DNA of 64,000 nucleotides from an uncultured Elusimicrobia bacterium (GTDB taxonomy: Bacteria > Elusimicrobiota > Elusimicrobia > 2-01-FULL-59-12), in assembly GCA_963702895.1 (NCBI GenBank), contig OY969767.1, positions 1,248,001-1,312,000 on the forward strand. The letters are read 5' to 3'. A model generated the notes under the pieces. The model was not told the origin of the DNA and ran no database searches. It was given only the letters and a program-made list of their open reading frames with translations. Position 1 is the stretch's first letter, and each line of letters starts with the position of its first letter. Positions 61,876-64,000 of the stretch are shown piece after piece. The position numbers and the translations under genes were made by a program.

Positions 61876-62412
61876 TTATCTGAACACGTTCTGGCGATAA
61901 TGCTGAAGTTCCGCGATTGATTCATTGATGTCATCGAGCACGTGGTGGGTTTTCTTCTTTTCCGGCGCAGGCTTCATCTTGGGGTACCAGCGCTTCGCCA
62001 ACTCTTTGACCGTGCTCACATCCACATTGCGGTAATGGAAGAAATCATGGAGACGCGGCATATATTTGGCGAGAAACTGGCGGTCCTGCCCGATCGAGTT
62101 TCCGCACATCGGGATTTTCTTTGCTGGACAATGATTTTTGAGGAACGCGAGGGTTTCTTCTTCGGCCTGTTGAAGGGTCACGGTGGACTTGCGACAGCTC
62201 TCGGTGAGACCCGATTTGCCGTGGTGCTCGCGACACCAGGCGTCCATCCCGGCAAGAACAGCCTCGGGGTGGTGGATGGCGAGCGCCGGGCCTTGCGCGA
62301 GGACGGTCAGATGAGCATCCGTGATGAGCGTTCCGATCTCCAGGATCGTGTCCCGCTCCGGGTCAAGGCCCGTCATTTCCAGATCCAACCAGATGAGCTT
62401 CTGATCCGCCAT
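61876..62412 (-). CDS. orn: Oligoribonuclease
   Basis: WLDLEMTGL, HGKSGL, GNSIGQDR and DVSTVKELA motifs. Confidence 0.96.
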   Translation of the reverse strand: MADQKLIWLDLEMTGLDPERDTILEIGTLITDAHLTVLAQGPALAIHHPEAVLAGMDAWCREHHGKSGLTESCRKSTVTLQQAEEETLAFLKNHCPAKKIPMCGNSIGQDRQFLAKYMPRLHDFFHYRNVDVSTVKELAKRWYPKMKPAPEKKKTHHVLDDINESIAELQHYRQNVFR

Positions 62413-62474
62413 CGAAGAACGTCAGTATACCTGAATGAGGCCTGATTCGTCATTTCCTGTTCCTTTGCCGGATA

Positions 62475-62622
62475 CCGCACCCCTTTCGGGTGCGGAGGAG
62501 GCGTCGTTATACGACCGCGCCCTCACCCTCGGCTCTCGCTGCGCTCGGCCTCTCCCTCTCCCGCGTGCACGCGGGAGAGGGTGGGGGTGAGGGCAGAGAT
62601 GCCGCAGGCCTTGAGCCTGCGG
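62475..62622. repeat. Cluster of extragenic palindromes
   Basis: Hairpin at 62475-62495. GCCCTCACCC/GGGTGAGGGC (62519-62594) encloses a perfect 28-bp palindrome at 62554-62581. Hairpin at 62602-62622. Confidence 0.8.
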
Positions 62623-62730
62623 AGTTTCACTCCGGCGAAGCCGCCCTCCACTCAAATAGCGGCCGGTAGCCCGCCATCTCGTAGTGGAAGTCCGGTTTTC
62701 ATCGGGGTGACATCACGTATAATACGCCGG

Positions 62731-64000
62731 ATGTCGAAAGATTTTGTCTACACCATGAAAGGGCTTTCCAAGATCTACCCACCGGGAAAACAGGTCTTGA
62801 AAGACATCTACCTGTCCTTTTACTACGGGGCCAAGATTGGCGTGATCGGCTTAAACGGCGCCGGAAAAAGTACGCTGCTGAAAATCATGGCGGGGATCGA
62901 AAAGGAGTTCGATGGTGAGGCGTTCCCCGGCAAGGGGATCACGGTAGGGTATCTCGCGCAGGAGCCGCAGCTCGAGGAACACCTGAGCGTCAAGGACAAC
63001 GTCGCGCTCGGCATGAAAGCCGTGACGGACCTTCTCGCGGAGTATGAGAAGGTGAGCGCGAGCTTCACGGACGGCATGAGCCCTGATGCCATGGAAAAAG
63101 CCCTCAACCGGCAATCCGAGCTTCAGGAAAAGATTGAAGCGGTGAACGGCTGGGAGCTCGACCATACCCTGGAGATCGCCATGGACGCGCTCCGCTGTCC
63201 TCCGGGCGATTCCCCCGTGAAACACCTCTCCGGCGGTGAAAAACGGCGCTTCGCGCTCTGCCGGCTTCTCCTGCAGTCCCCGGACCTGCTGCTCTTGGAC
63301 GAACCTACCAACCATCTCGATGCGGAATCGGTGGCATGGCTTGAACATTATTTACAGACTTACCAAGGAACGGTCGTCGCGATCACGCATGACCGCTACT
63401 TTCTGGACAATATCGCGCAGTGGATCCTCGAACTCGATTACGGCATGGGTGTGCCATGGAAGGGTAATTATTCCTCGTGGCTCGCGCAGAAACAGGAACG
63501 CCTGCGTCGCGAAGAAAAAACAGAGAGCCAGCGGCAAAAGACGCTCGAGCGCGAACTGGAATGGGTCAGGCAGTCCCCCCGCGGCCGCCAAGCCAAAAGC
63601 AAAGCCCGCATTGGTCAGTACCAGACCCTCTTGGCCCAAGACCCGGTCAAACGCATGGAAGAGCTTGAAATCTATATTCCCCCCGGGCCACGCCTGGGGG
63701 ATCTCGTGATCGAGACCGAGCGCTTAAGCAAAGGCTTTGGGGACAATCTCCTCATCGAAAACCTCGCCATGAAGATCCCGGCCGGCGCCATCGTGGGCAT
63801 CATCGGTCCCAACGGCGCCGGCAAAACCACCCTTTTCCGGATGATCACGGGACAAGAGAAACCCGATCAAGGGACTTTGCGCGTGGGAGAGACCGTGAAA
63901 CTGGGCTACGTCGACCAGTCCCGCGCGTCGCTCGATGACACGAAGTCCGTCTGGCAGGAGATCTCCAGCGGTCATGATCTCATTCTGCTGGGTAAAAAAG
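62731..64000 (+). CDS. ettA: ABC-F energy-dependent translational throttle protein (3' end runs off the window)
   Basis: Not in the ORF track. Hand translation gives MSKDFVYTMKGLSKIYPPGKQVLKDIYLSFYYGAKIGVIGLNGAGKSTLL...LSGGEK...LLDEPTNHLDAESVAWLE and a second Walker A (GPNGAGKT). Confidence 0.95.
   Translation, partial: MSKDFVYTMKGLSKIYPPGKQVLKDIYLSFYYGAKIGVIGLNGAGKSTLLKIMAGIEKEFDGEAFPGKGITVGYLAQEPQLEEHLSVKDNVALGMKAVTDLLAEYEKVSASFTDGMSPDAMEKALNRQSELQEKIEAVNGWELDHTLEIAMDALRCPPGDSPVKHLSGGEKRRFALCRLLLQSPDLLLLDEPTNHLDAESVAWLEHYLQTYQGTVVAITHDRYFLDNIAQWILELDYGMGVPWKGNYSSWLAQKQERLRREEKTESQRQKTLERELEWVRQSPRGRQAKSKARIGQYQTLLAQDPVKRMEELEIYIPPGPRLGDLVIETERLSKGFGDNLLIENLAMKIPAGAIVGIIGPNGAGKTTLFRMITGQEKPDQGTLRVGETVKLGYVDQSRASLDDTKSVWQEISSGHDLILLGKK

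Noticed and set aside
62422..62730. Riboswitch or tRNA in the orn-ettA intergenic region
   Set aside because: Only GC-rich repeat-type hairpins; no tRNA or recognisable aptamer consensus, and TIRs were too weak to call a MITE.
62823..63975. Short ORFs at the right end of the window
   Set aside because: All overlap the plus-strand ettA gene, which the track missed because it runs off the window.

Overview
A 64-kb, mostly housekeeping chromosomal segment from a diderm bacterium (it encodes LptD; the taxon cannot be fixed from this window). Nearly all genes run on the minus strand in long, tightly overlapping strings. In order: a nucleotide-sugar/LPS cluster (gmd, DegT-type aminotransferase, UDP-GlcA decarboxylase, ugd, rfbD/B/C/A, an epimerase), a GT39-like membrane glycosyltransferase, lptD, ROK kinase, folC, accD, a complete trp set, lepB, hisIFAHD, murA-prmC-prfA-rpmE, an M23 peptidase, rho, coaE-mutM-rhomboid-polA, thioredoxins, a PTS-IIA/APC-permease pair, an IS4-family element, PHP/DedA/GAF-ANTAR genes, dusB, tsaD, a ftsX-envC-ctpA-deacetylase string, csaB-like/DUF5693-like genes, glgA, galT, scpBA, trpS, a tRNA nucleotidyltransferase, orn and ettA. 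No rRNA, tRNA or CRISPR array was seen. The most unusual signals are: (1) a gene for a multi-TM membrane protein with a C-terminal winged-HTH, followed immediately by a helically phased array of nine TGAATAGGT sites; (2) a 195-bp MITE inserted in frame in the lptD signal-peptide region; (3) an IS4 inserted at the first codons of a permease gene that supplies a replacement GTG start; (4) several MITE families with different termini that carry the same REP-like core. All family assignments come from motif recognition by eye, not from database searches.
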